Shown: positions 9,549 through 19,049 of the stretch, one piece after another
How the letters are laid out: each line of letters starts with the position of its first letter
Numbering within the stretch: the first letter of the stretch is position 1
Origin: an uncultured Candidatus Saccharibacteria bacterium
GTDB taxonomy: Bacteria; Patescibacteriota; Saccharimonadia; Saccharimonadales; JAGQNJ01
Assembly (NCBI GenBank): GCA_964493895.1
Contig: CAZBPY010000002.1
Location: 131,351 to 195,350, forward strand
DNA: 64,000 bases
Direction: 5' to 3'
Program-made: the position numbers and the translations under genes
Notes under the pieces: model-generated
What the model saw: the letters and a program-made list of their open reading frames with translations, nothing else
Databases searched by the model: none
Told to the model about the DNA's origin: nothing

Positions 9549-10565
9549 TTACAATGTTTGGGGGCGGCTGTCTATGGATTGCTGTAATGACTGCACCTCA
9601 ACGGCAAGGCTATTCCGTTCGGCTACGATCTGATTATATTGATCAATCAGATCGCGAGTGCGAGTAACTAGAGCGTTGTAACTATTGACCGCTTGATTAT
9701 AAATTGGCACCATCGAATTATAGGCCTCAAAATTGCCGCTTGCTTCCAGGCTTTCAAGTTCAGCTTGTTGAGCTTGTAGCAAACCAAGTTGGGCCTCAAT
9801 TTCAATCTGATTAGCATCGATGGTTGCTCTTATATTAGCTAGCTGTTCGTCATAACGAGCCACTTGATTCTCGCGGCGCAAAAATTCGTTACCATATGCT
9901 TCGGCAAATCCTACCACCACCTGCCGATCGGAGAAATATCGTCGATAGTAGTCCTCTAACTCGGCTGGCAAATCACGCAGTTCGGTACCCAGGATCGAGT
10001 GCAGTTCACTCGGAACAGCTGCCGGATCTGAGGCTTCATATTGAGCGATTGCTTGTCGGATAGGACTATCAGCCGGCAGCCTTTCATAGGCTTGTCTGAG
10101 AAGTTGGTCGACTCGCTGGCGTTCTTTGTCCGACAAGCGGTCATAGGCGGCATGCAACATTTCGTGGGCTGCTGTCACCTGCATAACGCCGTCTAATCGC
10201 TGGTCGTTAACGTTATAGAGATACATACTGCCGTAAAGACCGCCGCTATTGATATAGCAACCTAGAATAATTGAATATTCGGCGGCGGTGCCCTGTCGAC
10301 AACTGGAATTAAACTGCTCGCGGTCAGTAATCTGCGGATGTGTAGTGTAGTAAATCCGCCGGCCCTTGTCAGTCATGGTAGTCTCATCTGCCAATGCCAC
10401 GACCGCCGGCGGAGCCTGATACTCCCGCAGCCGCCACCAATCGCTAATGTCCTGACGAAATAGCCAACCGCCCGCCAACACCGCCAGAAGGAGGAAACTA
10501 AATATCAGGCCGCCGAGACGGCGCCTGTGGTGCTTCTGGTAATGGGGATGTAAGATTGTCGCCAT
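9549..10565 (-). CDS. membrane-anchored protein with an HExxH motif (HEMLH) and a long C-terminal coiled coil; function unknown
   Basis: The basic N-terminus followed by a TM helix (LGGLIFSFLLLAVLAGGWLF) predicts an extracytoplasmic body. Motif AAHEMLHAAY is present. The last ~110 aa are heptad-like and Q/E/L-rich. Confidence 0.7.
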   Translation of the reverse strand: MATILHPHYQKHHRRRLGGLIFSFLLLAVLAGGWLFRQDISDWWRLREYQAPPAVVALADETTMTDKGRRIYYTTHPQITDREQFNSSCRQGTAAEYSIILGCYINSGGLYGSMYLYNVNDQRLDGVMQVTAAHEMLHAAYDRLSDKERQRVDQLLRQAYERLPADSPIRQAIAQYEASDPAAVPSELHSILGTELRDLPAELEDYYRRYFSDRQVVVGFAEAYGNEFLRRENQVARYDEQLANIRATIDANQIEIEAQLGLLQAQQAELESLEASGNFEAYNSMVPIYNQAVNSYNALVTRTRDLIDQYNQIVAERNSLAVEVQSLQQSIDSRPQTL

Positions 10566-10589
10566 ACCCTAATTAGTATAACTACAATA

Positions 10590-13079
10590 TTATTCAGTGA
10601 CTACTGCGTATTTTAGATCTTTTTTGGTTGAGGTGACTTCTATGATGTCGCCCTTTTTGTAACTGTCCTGCAGTAGTTCATCGGCAATATAATCTTCCAA
10701 GGTGTCTTGCAGTAAACGGCGCATTGGGCGCACCCCGTTTAGCGAGTCATAGCCATGCTGCAGCATGTATTTCTTAGCTTGTGGTGTCAGTTTAATTCCC
10801 AGGCCATGCTTGACCAACCTATTTTGCAGCTCTTGCACCTGCAAATCAAGGATTCTAGAAATATCCTTCTTGGTTAGCGCCCTAAACACAATCGTCTTAT
10901 CAATTCGGTTAAGAAGCTCTGGCCGCAGCAACTTTTTCAGTTCGTCGTTGACTTTGTCTTTGTTGCGCTGGTGCAACTTGTCCAAATCATCGATATCGCG
11001 CTGGTCGCTGGCGGCAAAGCCTAGATTAGCCTCTTTTTGGAGCTTCTCGGCGCCAATGTTACTGGTCATGATTACAATTGTGTTGGTAAAGTCAATTTTA
11101 CGGCCTTTGGCATCAGTCAGGTGGCCATCTTCAAGCACCTGCAGCAACATGTTGAACACTTCCGGGTGAGCCTTTTCAATCTCGTCAAATAACACCAGGC
11201 TGTAAGGCTGGCGGCGAATCTTATCTGTTAGTTGGCCGCCATCGTCATAGCCGACATAACCGGCCGGAGCACCGACCAGTCGGGCCACGTTATGGTGTTC
11301 AGCAAATTCGCTCATGTCGATCTTGACCAAAGCATCTTCCGAACCATAAAACTCTCGAGCCAGTACTCGTGCTAGTTCGGTTTTGCCTACTCCAGTCGGG
11401 CCTAAGAAGATGAATGAGCCAATTGGCCGCTTGCTGCTGCCGACACCAGAGCGGCTGCGGCGAACAGCCTTAGCCACGGCTGAGACCGCCTCGTCTTGAC
11501 CAATCACGTACTTGGACAAGGTCTTTTCCAGGTTCATCAGGTATTTGGCTTCAGATCGAATCACCTTTTGTACCGGCACGCCCGTCATACGAGCCACAGT
11601 GCCGGCTACATCATCACTAGACATAATCAACTTCTTGCCTTTTCGATCGGCGGCTTGAAGTTTCTTGAGGTCTTCTTGAATCTGGCTGGCCCGCTGCTTG
11701 TACTCAGCAGCCTTTGCATAATCCTCGGCGTCGCTGGCCTCATCTTTGCGGACCTCGACCAATTTCAATTCTTTCTGCAATTTGCGAACTTCTGGTGGTG
11801 TGCGGCCTTTGTCCAAGCGCAGGTGAGCAGCCGTCTCGTCAATTAGATCGATAGCCTTGTCTGGCATAAACCGATCGCGGATGTAGCGCTTAGCCAAATT
11901 AACGGTATCCTCCAAAACCTCATCACTAATTGTCACCCCGTGGAACGACTCATAATGTTTACGCAGGCCTTTCAGAATCGATAGAGTCTCGGCAATATTG
12001 GTTTCTGGAACCTGAATCGGCTGCAAACGACGTTCGAGGGCAGCGTCTTTTTCGATATGTTTGGTGTATTCGGCAGTGGTTGTTGCTCCGATCAGCTGGA
12101 TTTTGCCGCGAGCCAAAGCCGGCTTCAGAATGTTTCCGGCATCCATTGAGCCCTCAGCAGAACCAGCTCCAACAATCAGATGCAGCTCGTCAATAAAGAC
12201 AATGGTGCCCTTGTCAGACTCAAGCTCAGCCATAACCTTTTTAAGACGATCTTCGAATTCGCCGCGATACTTAGTGCCGGCAATCATCCCAGCTAGGTCA
12301 AGCATGACAATCCGCTTTTCCAATAAAGCGTCGGGGACTTCTTCATTAACAATTCTTTGAGCCAAGCCTTCAACGATAGCTGTCTTACCGACACCTGGTT
12401 CACCAATTAGGACCGGGTTATTTTTGGTTCGGCGGTTAAGGATAGTAATGACGCGGCGGATTTGGGCTTCTCGACCAACCACCGGGTCAAGTTTTTCGTT
12501 GCGAGCCTCTTGTGTCAAATCGGTCCCAAAGAAGTCTAAAGCCGTCTTGCGGCCCTTTTTGCTGGAGCGCTTTTTGGAAGTAGCACCCGGACCATCCTGA
12601 CGCGACCCGTCATATTGCTGGCGGTTCATAAATTGTTCCAGTTCACTGGTCACTGCGTCGATGTCCATACCCATATCGCGCAATAGCACCGTGGCCCGAG
12701 CATTCTTTTGGCTCAAAATGCTGTACAAAATATGTTCGGTGCCGCAAAAGTCTTGATTAAATTCCTGACTCAACTCATAAGCCATTTTCAAAGTCAATTT
12801 AGCTGCTGCCGACATGCCCTTGTTGCCCATGTTAATCACCACTGTATTGGGCTGGAGATTCAAAGCAATCTTAGCCTTATCCAAACTGACACCAGCATCC
12901 TGCAGGATCTTGGCTCCCATCGAGCCATCCTGAGATAAAATACCAATCAATAGATGTTCTGTACCGACAAAAGGACTGCCGGCTGCCCGAGCAATGGCAT
13001 CAGCATGCCTGAGGCTTTGCAGGGCATTTTCTGACAAGTGGTTTAAAAATTCTTGAAATTCTGAGTTTGGTGGCATCAT
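10590..13079 (-). CDS. clpC: ATP-dependent Clp protease ATP-binding subunit ClpC (class I Clp/Hsp100)
   Basis: Two Clp_N repeats. AAA+ module 1 has GEPGVGKTA, a UVR-like linker follows ([18 protein letters not shown]), and AAA+ module 2 has [11 protein letters not shown]. Confidence 0.93.
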   Translation of the reverse strand: MMPPNSEFQEFLNHLSENALQSLRHADAIARAAGSPFVGTEHLLIGILSQDGSMGAKILQDAGVSLDKAKIALNLQPNTVVINMGNKGMSAAAKLTLKMAYELSQEFNQDFCGTEHILYSILSQKNARATVLLRDMGMDIDAVTSELEQFMNRQQYDGSRQDGPGATSKKRSSKKGRKTALDFFGTDLTQEARNEKLDPVVGREAQIRRVITILNRRTKNNPVLIGEPGVGKTAIVEGLAQRIVNEEVPDALLEKRIVMLDLAGMIAGTKYRGEFEDRLKKVMAELESDKGTIVFIDELHLIVGAGSAEGSMDAGNILKPALARGKIQLIGATTTAEYTKHIEKDAALERRLQPIQVPETNIAETLSILKGLRKHYESFHGVTISDEVLEDTVNLAKRYIRDRFMPDKAIDLIDETAAHLRLDKGRTPPEVRKLQKELKLVEVRKDEASDAEDYAKAAEYKQRASQIQEDLKKLQAADRKGKKLIMSSDDVAGTVARMTGVPVQKVIRSEAKYLMNLEKTLSKYVIGQDEAVSAVAKAVRRSRSGVGSSKRPIGSFIFLGPTGVGKTELARVLAREFYGSEDALVKIDMSEFAEHHNVARLVGAPAGYVGYDDGGQLTDKIRRQPYSLVLFDEIEKAHPEVFNMLLQVLEDGHLTDAKGRKIDFTNTIVIMTSNIGAEKLQKEANLGFAASDQRDIDDLDKLHQRNKDKVNDELKKLLRPELLNRIDKTIVFRALTKKDISRILDLQVQELQNRLVKHGLGIKLTPQAKKYMLQHGYDSLNGVRPMRRLLQDTLEDYIADELLQDSYKKGDIIEVTSTKKDLKYAVVTE

Positions 13080-13089
13080 AGGTAACCTC

Positions 13090-13119
13090 AGAATAGCAAA
13101 ATTAGCACTCTCATGTCAA
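13090..13119 (-). promoter_or_regulatory. clpC promoter candidate: -35 TTGACA, 18-nt spacer, -10 TATTCT, then SD GAGG
   Basis: The minus strand reads CTCTTGACAtgagagtgctaattttgcTATTCTGAGGttacctATG. The -35 lies inside the CIRCE spacer. Confidence 0.5.
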
Positions 13120-13128
13120 GAGTGCTAA
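13102..13128. promoter_or_regulatory. CIRCE operator (HrcA-binding inverted repeat), perfect match to the consensus
   Basis: TTAGCACTC-tcatgtcaa-GAGTGCTAA equals the consensus TTAGCACTC-N9-GAGTGCTAA. It lies 23 nt upstream of the clpC start. Confidence 0.85.
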
Positions 13129-13148
13129 TTCTAAACTTAACCGTTTTG

Positions 13149-13595
13149 TCAAGCGAACCGCTCTGCAGCAGTGGTTTCTATTAAGCACGGCACTTTCAGT
13201 CTATAGACTATCGGCGTACAAATTATTGCTCCAAAATCTCCAACAAGACCATAATTTAGGGTACCCCACCGCTCTCCTGTTTCTTCATTGAAATAAATCC
13301 CAACATATCGAGTTTGGTACTTAGGATCATCTGGATCGGGTATTTGATCATTGATTCTTTTGATATCTTCTTCATCCAGCTCTTTTTCTATAGATACTTT
13401 ATCGATTGTAACGTCATCTATGGCTGCCTGGATGCAGCCCCGACATTGAAGTGGGATGCTCTCATCGAAGACGTAAACTTCCTGATCTTCACTCTGGATC
13501 CACATGCCTCTCTCAAAGTCACGCAAAGGGCAGCGCTCAGCAGAAACTTGACCAATTCCATCAGTTAACATACCTATAATTATGCTACCAATCAC
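13149..13595 (-). CDS. hypothetical protein (orphan; one CxxC)
   Basis: ORF track (GTG 13595; alternative ATG 13571). It lies 9 nt downstream of the nusA stop. No recognisable family. Confidence 0.5.
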   Translation of the reverse strand: MIGSIIIGMLTDGIGQVSAERCPLRDFERGMWIQSEDQEVYVFDESIPLQCRGCIQAAIDDVTIDKVSIEKELDEEDIKRINDQIPDPDDPKYQTRYVGIYFNEETGERWGTLNYGLVGDFGAIICTPIVYRLKVPCLIETTAAERFA

Positions 13596-13604
13596 GCGAA
13601 ATGT

Positions 13605-14774
13605 CTAGCTGTTGGTAGTTTTGGGGCTGTCTTCGCCGTGCTCCTCGATGGCCTCAAGCAGACTGGACTCTAACTCTGATTTCTTCTTCAGTTTTTTGGG
13701 CTTAGCTTCTTCGGCAGGTGCTGCCTCACTGGTCTGTTGATTTGATTCGATATCGATTTCATAGCCAGTTAATTTGCTGGCCAAGCGGACATTCTGACCA
13801 CTTTTACCTATAGCTATGCTGAGTTGGTCTTCGGGCACAACCACCCTGGCCTTCTTTTCCTTTTCGTCTAGGTCAACTTGGTCAACCTTGGTTGGGCTAA
13901 GAGCGTTGATGATGAACTGTTTAGGATCCTCATCCCAAACTACAATGTCGATTTTCTCCTGATCACCAACTTCAGACATGACGGCGTTGACACGAGTACC
14001 GTGCCCGCCCACAAAGGTGCCGACCGGATCTACGCCGGGTACAGTGCTGGCCACGGCTAGTTTAGTGCGGATGCCAGCCTCGCGTGAGATTGCCTTGATT
14101 TCAACAGCTCCGGATTCCATCTCTGGAACTTCAGCTTGGAACAGCCACTTGATGAAGTCAACTGAACCGCGAGAAACGATGAGTTGCGGACCGCGAGGAC
14201 CACGCTCAACATCTTTTAGAAAAACTTTAACTCGTTGGCCTGGGTAGTAATGTTCGCCTTGAATTTGCTCGGAAACCGGCATGATGCCCTGGGCTTTTCC
14301 CAGATCAACTCGGACCAATCGGCCTTCAACTCTAGACACTATCCCATTAATTACTGTATTGATTTTATCTTCGTACTCTTCCATGATGATCTCACGCTCG
14401 GCCTCACGCAGGCGCTGTAAAATCACTTGCTTGGCAGTCATAGCCGCAACACGACCAAACGATTCTACTTTTTCATGGACCTCAATCTCGTCACCAAGTT
14501 TGACATTTTTCTTCATAGCTTGAGCATCGGCTAGGCTAATATCAATTTTGGGATCGTGGACTTTTTCGACCACATCTTTAGTGACATAGGCATCAACTTC
14601 ACCGGTGTTAAGATTCATGGTCACCCGCACCTCTTGTTCGCGGTCACCGTAATCACGCTTGTATGCTGCCGCTAGGGCCTGTTCGACAATTTCCTGGACT
14701 GTCGGCTCGTCTAAGTTTTTCTCCTCGGCAATGGTCCGTACGGCCAGTGCTAGTTGTTTCATGTCTAAATCCAT
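13605..14774 (-). CDS. nusA: transcription termination/antitermination factor NusA
   Basis: N-terminal domain, S1 and two KH domains (GPRGPQLIVSR, VGTFVGGHGTRV, AIGKSGQNVRLA). The track ORF is over-extended; ATG 14774 is preceded by GAAAGGAAAAAT. Confidence 0.93.
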   Translation of the reverse strand: MDLDMKQLALAVRTIAEEKNLDEPTVQEIVEQALAAAYKRDYGDREQEVRVTMNLNTGEVDAYVTKDVVEKVHDPKIDISLADAQAMKKNVKLGDEIEVHEKVESFGRVAAMTAKQVILQRLREAEREIIMEEYEDKINTVINGIVSRVEGRLVRVDLGKAQGIMPVSEQIQGEHYYPGQRVKVFLKDVERGPRGPQLIVSRGSVDFIKWLFQAEVPEMESGAVEIKAISREAGIRTKLAVASTVPGVDPVGTFVGGHGTRVNAVMSEVGDQEKIDIVVWDEDPKQFIINALSPTKVDQVDLDEKEKKARVVVPEDQLSIAIGKSGQNVRLASKLTGYEIDIESNQQTSEAAPAEEAKPKKLKKKSELESSLLEAIEEHGEDSPKTTNS

Positions 14775-14894
14775 ATTTTTCCTTTCTTTGGACAGTCTTA
14801 GCATTAAAAAATCCGACCTGCCGGCCGGAATTACTAACTTCATATTAGCAAAGTCCGAGTAAAAACACAAGCCAAGCAAACATTAATTTCATTG

Positions 14895-14903
14895 TGCTAT
14901 GAT
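14895..14903 (+). promoter_or_regulatory. extended -10 box TGcTATGAT, 7 nt upstream of the pepN ATG (leaderless)
   Basis: Sequence attgTGcTATGATtacctaaATGagc. Confidence 0.55.
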
Positions 14904-14910
14904 TACCTAA

Positions 14911-17484
14911 ATGAGCAAAAGTGTCCGACGTCTTTTTGAACAATTCCAGCCGCAAAATTACAACTTACACATCAGCCTCGATCACGCTGATCTAAGTTTT
15001 AGCGGTAAAGTTTTTATTCGAGGTCAAAAAGTCGGTCGGCCGGCCAAGCGCCTGACTTTCCATCAAAAGGACCTGAAAATCACTAGCGCTAAACTGACAA
15101 AGCACGGTAAGTCAGGTGACTCCCAAATACCAGTCAGCCGCATCAACCTGCAGAAATCCTTCGATGAAGTCCGATTGCACACCGATGAACTGCTTTATCC
15201 TGGTGATTACACGGTTGAAATTGACTTTAGCGGTAAAGTCACAGATAGCATGCAGGGTATTTATCCTTCACGATTCAAGCATCGAACACAGCCGAAAATT
15301 ATTCTGACCACACAATTTGAAGCTAATCACGCCCGAGAAGCATTCCCCTGTATTGACGAGCCGCTGGCTAAAGCTACTTTTGACATCTCTGTCACCGATG
15401 ATAAGGACATGGTGACGCTATCGAACATGCCGGAAAAACAGGTCAAATCAATCGACAAAACCAAAACCACCACCTTTTTGACTTCGCCGATTATGTCCCC
15501 GTATCTGGTGGCTTTTATATCCGGGCCGCTTCACAGCTTTGAGAGCAAAACTAAAAATGGTGTCATAGTCCGAAGCTGGTGCGCCGAAAATCACTCTAAG
15601 TCACACCTCGAATATTCAGTCGGTGAAGCTGTAAAGATATTGGAATTTTTTGAAGACTACTTTGACACGCCCTATCCGCTGGCCAAATACGATCAGGTGG
15701 CTCTGCCGGACTTTGATGCTGGAGCCATGGAAAACTGGGGTCTGCCAACTTTCCGTGAAGTCCTGCTGTTATCCGACCCTAACAACCGGTCAGTGACTAC
15801 CGAGCAGTACATTTCATTGGTTATTGCTCACGAGGCCTCGCACATGTGGTTTGGCGATTTGGTAACCATGGAGTGGTGGGATGATTTGTGGTTGAATGAA
15901 AGCTTTGCGGCTCTTATGGAGCACCTGTCCCTGGACGCTATTCACCCCAATTGGCATCAGTGGGAGATGTATGCGTCGGATGATATTACAGCCACTACCT
16001 CTCGAGATATTTACCGTGACATCCAACCGGTCAGCGTAAAAGTTACCGACCCAGACCTTATTGAGACGCTGTTTGATCCCGGTATTGTTTATGCCAAGGG
16101 AGCTCGATTGCTAAAAATGTTACGCGAATACATCGGTGATGAAGCCTTTAGGGCTGGTCTGAAAAAGTATTTTGACGTGCACGCTTATAAAAATACCGGT
16201 CGAGCCGATCTGTGGGCAGCTCTAAGTGAAAGTAGTGGTCAAAATATTGACGAGCTAATGACGCCGTGGCTAGTTCAATCGGGTATGCCGGTGGTTCATG
16301 TTTACCAGGACGACAAGGTACTGCGTCTAAGGCAAGAGCGTTTCACCCTGGACGCCAGTGATGATGCATCTACCTGGCCGATACCCCTTTTGTCTGACCA
16401 GAGCCTGTCAAAAACCATCATTACCAAAGCTCAAGAGAACATTCAACTAGACAGTAGTGGCTTCGTTGTCTTAAACCAGCATGGCAGCGGTCATTATCTG
16501 GTCGACTACGAAGAGCCAGCTCATCGCCAGGCCTTAATTGATCAGTTCAAGCAACAAAAATTACCGACTGACGGGCGAATCAACAGCCTAAATGATATGT
16601 ATGTCTTGGCTCGTGGCGGCACTCGATCGCTGGTTGATAGTCTAGAAATTTGCGCTGAAAACACCGAAGAGACCCGCGACGGTGTCTGGAGCATGATGCT
16701 GCGGGCAATCGGCGCAGCCCAACAACTGACCGAAGGAGACGAACAGGCTTTGAAGCTGATCAAGCAGTTCAAAGTCAAAATCGCTAATCAACTGTACAGC
16801 CAGCTTGGCTGGGATGACAAACCCGGTGATGACATGAACACCAAGCAACTCCGCCACACCATACTGGCTTTGATGGTCGGCGGCGAAGATAAGTCAGCCA
16901 TTGCTGAAGCTATCAAGCGTTATCAAAGTGCCGCTAGTTTATCAGATCTGCCAGCCGAAATACGCTCAACCATTCTCGGAGCTGCAGTTCGTTTTGGCAA
17001 CCATAACGTTGTCGACCGGCTGCTAAGTGCCTACCCAGAGAGTAGCGCCGAAATTCAGGGTGATATCACTGCTGCCCTGGCCAGTACTCGTGATCCCAAG
17101 ATAGCTAAGCACATACTTGAAACAGCTCTGGGTGACGACGGCATTGTCCGGCCTCAAGACTTGATGCGTTGGTTTGTCAATTTCTACCGCAACCCTTATG
17201 TCCGCAGTGTGGCTTGGCAGTATCTCGGCGATAACTGGGACTGGTTTAAGGCTAAATTCTCGGCCAGCAAGTCATTTGACTTCTTGCCTACCTACGTCGC
17301 TTCAGCCATTACCACCGAGAATTGGCTAAAAAAATATCAGGCTTTTTTCACCAAGCTTGGCATAAAGGAGTTGAAACATAATACAGCCATTGGCATTTCG
17401 GACGCCAAAAGCCGTATTGCCTGGCGCCAGCGAGACGAGAAGCTGGTTGTTGACTTCTTTAAAGCTCAGGCACAAAAGCCGTAA
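14911..17484 (+). CDS. pepN: M1-family aminopeptidase N
   Basis: GAMENWG exopeptidase motif and the zinc site HEASHMWFGDLVTMEWWDDLWLNESFA (HExxH-x18-E). Confidence 0.93.
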   Translation: MSKSVRRLFEQFQPQNYNLHISLDHADLSFSGKVFIRGQKVGRPAKRLTFHQKDLKITSAKLTKHGKSGDSQIPVSRINLQKSFDEVRLHTDELLYPGDYTVEIDFSGKVTDSMQGIYPSRFKHRTQPKIILTTQFEANHAREAFPCIDEPLAKATFDISVTDDKDMVTLSNMPEKQVKSIDKTKTTTFLTSPIMSPYLVAFISGPLHSFESKTKNGVIVRSWCAENHSKSHLEYSVGEAVKILEFFEDYFDTPYPLAKYDQVALPDFDAGAMENWGLPTFREVLLLSDPNNRSVTTEQYISLVIAHEASHMWFGDLVTMEWWDDLWLNESFAALMEHLSLDAIHPNWHQWEMYASDDITATTSRDIYRDIQPVSVKVTDPDLIETLFDPGIVYAKGARLLKMLREYIGDEAFRAGLKKYFDVHAYKNTGRADLWAALSESSGQNIDELMTPWLVQSGMPVVHVYQDDKVLRLRQERFTLDASDDASTWPIPLLSDQSLSKTIITKAQENIQLDSSGFVVLNQHGSGHYLVDYEEPAHRQALIDQFKQQKLPTDGRINSLNDMYVLARGGTRSLVDSLEICAENTEETRDGVWSMMLRAIGAAQQLTEGDEQALKLIKQFKVKIANQLYSQLGWDDKPGDDMNTKQLRHTILALMVGGEDKSAIAEAIKRYQSAASLSDLPAEIRSTILGAAVRFGNHNVVDRLLSAYPESSAEIQGDITAALASTRDPKIAKHILETALGDDGIVRPQDLMRWFVNFYRNPYVRSVAWQYLGDNWDWFKAKFSASKSFDFLPTYVASAITTENWLKKYQAFFTKLGIKELKHNTAIGISDAKSRIAWRQRDEKLVVDFFKAQAQKP

Positions 17485-17800
17485 CTAAAAACTGCGGGCC
17501 ACTGACTTCCACGGCGGCGAGGTGACATGGGCCAGCCCACTTGTTTTGAGCCATCCAGAATTCGGCAGCAAATGCCAGCTGTTTGTACTTGACTGGACCT
17601 ATATAGTCAATGCCGCTGCCCCACAAATCACGTTGTCGATATTTGACCTCAACAAATATGACTGTATCACCCCTAACAGCCACGATATCGATTTCACACC
17701 ACCTGGTCCGCCAATTTTGCTTGACAATTTGATAGCCTTTGTCTTGCAAATAGACCGCTGCCACTCGTTCGGCCTGGCGTCCAATCGCGGTGGTGCTCAT
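17459..17800 (-). CDS. yraN: YraN-family (UPF0102) endonuclease-like protein
   Basis: GRQAERVAAVYLQDKGYQIVKQNWRTRWCEIDIVAV...FVEVKYR matches the family signature. Its 3' end overlaps pepN by 26 nt (convergent). Confidence 0.85.
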   Translation of the reverse strand: MSTTAIGRQAERVAAVYLQDKGYQIVKQNWRTRWCEIDIVAVRGDTVIFVEVKYRQRDLWGSGIDYIGPVKYKQLAFAAEFWMAQNKWAGPCHLAAVEVSGPQFLVTAFVPEL

Positions 17801-17849
17801 AACAGCAGCCTAGCAGTCAAGTCTTAAATAGTTCTTAACTAAAAACAGT

Positions 17850-18407
17850 TTATAAAAATTGCCGGATCGGTTTATAGGATCGGCGATGTAACGCTGTCAC
17901 ACCGTGTTTTTGCAAGGCCAACAGGTGATCTTTTGTTCCGTAACCGACATGCTTGTCAAAGCCATACTCGGGATGTTTTAGGGCTAATTCAATCATTTTT
18001 TTATCCCTGAGCACCTTGGCGTAAATACTGGCGGCACTGACAATCGGATGTATTGCATCAGCTTTGGCCACACACCGAACCCGCTCAAACGAAGGCCGGC
18101 AATAATTGACCAGGCCATCCATAATGATATCATCATCAACCGAGGCGCTAAGTTGTTTAAGAGCCCTGTCCACAGCCACTCGCATAGCTTCGCTCAAGCC
18201 TAGTTCATCTATTTCGGCTGGCTCTACCCAACCTTCGCCAAAGTCGCATACTTCAACCAGCAACTCAAAGAGTCGTTGACGCTGGAGCCTGGTCAACACT
18301 TTAGAATCAGCTAGGCCGGCAGGTAGCTCGTCCCGAGGTTTGGCAGCCACCACCAACACCGGTCCAGCCCAGCAACCTCGGCCGACTTCGTCAATGCCAA
18401 TCAGCAT
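17850..18407 (-). CDS. rnhB: ribonuclease HII
   Basis: N-terminal GIDEVGRGCWAGPVLVVA active-site motif. It shows the typical rplS-rnhB-yraN synteny. Confidence 0.92.
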   Translation of the reverse strand: MLIGIDEVGRGCWAGPVLVVAAKPRDELPAGLADSKVLTRLQRQRLFELLVEVCDFGEGWVEPAEIDELGLSEAMRVAVDRALKQLSASVDDDIIMDGLVNYCRPSFERVRCVAKADAIHPIVSAASIYAKVLRDKKMIELALKHPEYGFDKHVGYGTKDHLLALQKHGVTALHRRSYKPIRQFL

Positions 18408-18409
18408 TA

Positions 18410-18982
18410 CTACTCTTTTTTGTCAGATTCTTCTTTTTCAGACGGTTTGTCAGTCGACTCTGTAGCTTGGTGGCGAGCTTCAACTTCTTTAGCTTTTGTT
18501 TCTAGTTTAGCGTCCTCTTCGGCTTTTTTGGCGGCTTCGGCGGCAGCGGCTTTAGCAGTTTCTTCGTGCAGTTTGGCTTCTTCCTCTTCAGCCTTCTTAT
18601 CAACAACGGTATTAACTTTTTCACGGTCAAATTCTACACCCGTCAAACGAGCTGATTTGCCGGTTAGATTGCGCATGTAGCTAAGATACTTACGGCGGAC
18701 TTTGCTTCGCTTGACAACTTCGACTTTTAATACCAGGGGCGAATGAAGCAAGTAGGACTTCTCAACACCTACACCGCTAGCAATTCGGCGGACAGTGATC
18801 GACGAAGTGTGGCTATTTTTTCGATCAGTGCGAATAACCAAGCCCTCAAAAACCTGGACTCGCTCTTTATTGCCTTCTTTAATTTTTTGGTGAACCCGAA
18901 CAGTATCGCCAGACCTAACGTCAACAACCTGCGATTTGGTAAATTGCTGCTCAACTTCACGTACAACAGTGCTCATAGACAT
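18410..18982 (-). CDS. rplS: 50S ribosomal protein L19 with a ~75-aa Lys/Glu/Ala-rich C-terminal extension
   Basis: Core sequence VRSGDTVRVHQKIKEGNKERVQVFEGLVI...VRRAKLYYLR-like (KVRRKYLSYMRNLTGKSARL). The tail is AEEEEAKLHEETAKAAAAEAAKKAEEDAKLE. Confidence 0.93.
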   Translation of the reverse strand: MSMSTVVREVEQQFTKSQVVDVRSGDTVRVHQKIKEGNKERVQVFEGLVIRTDRKNSHTSSITVRRIASGVGVEKSYLLHSPLVLKVEVVKRSKVRRKYLSYMRNLTGKSARLTGVEFDREKVNTVVDKKAEEEEAKLHEETAKAAAAEAAKKAEEDAKLETKAKEVEARHQATESTDKPSEKEESDKKE

Positions 18983-19034
18983 CCTATTCTAGCGCATTTT
19001 GACCCTCTTTACAACAGTGTAGCCAGTTTCAGCA

Positions 19035-19043
19035 TGCTATGAT
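19035..19043 (+). promoter_or_regulatory. extended -10 box TGcTATGAT, 6 nt upstream of ATG 19050 (leaderless)
   Basis: Sequence agcaTGcTATGATatctaaATGagc. The cassette is nearly identical to the one at pepN. Confidence 0.55.
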
Positions 19044-19049
19044 ATCTAA

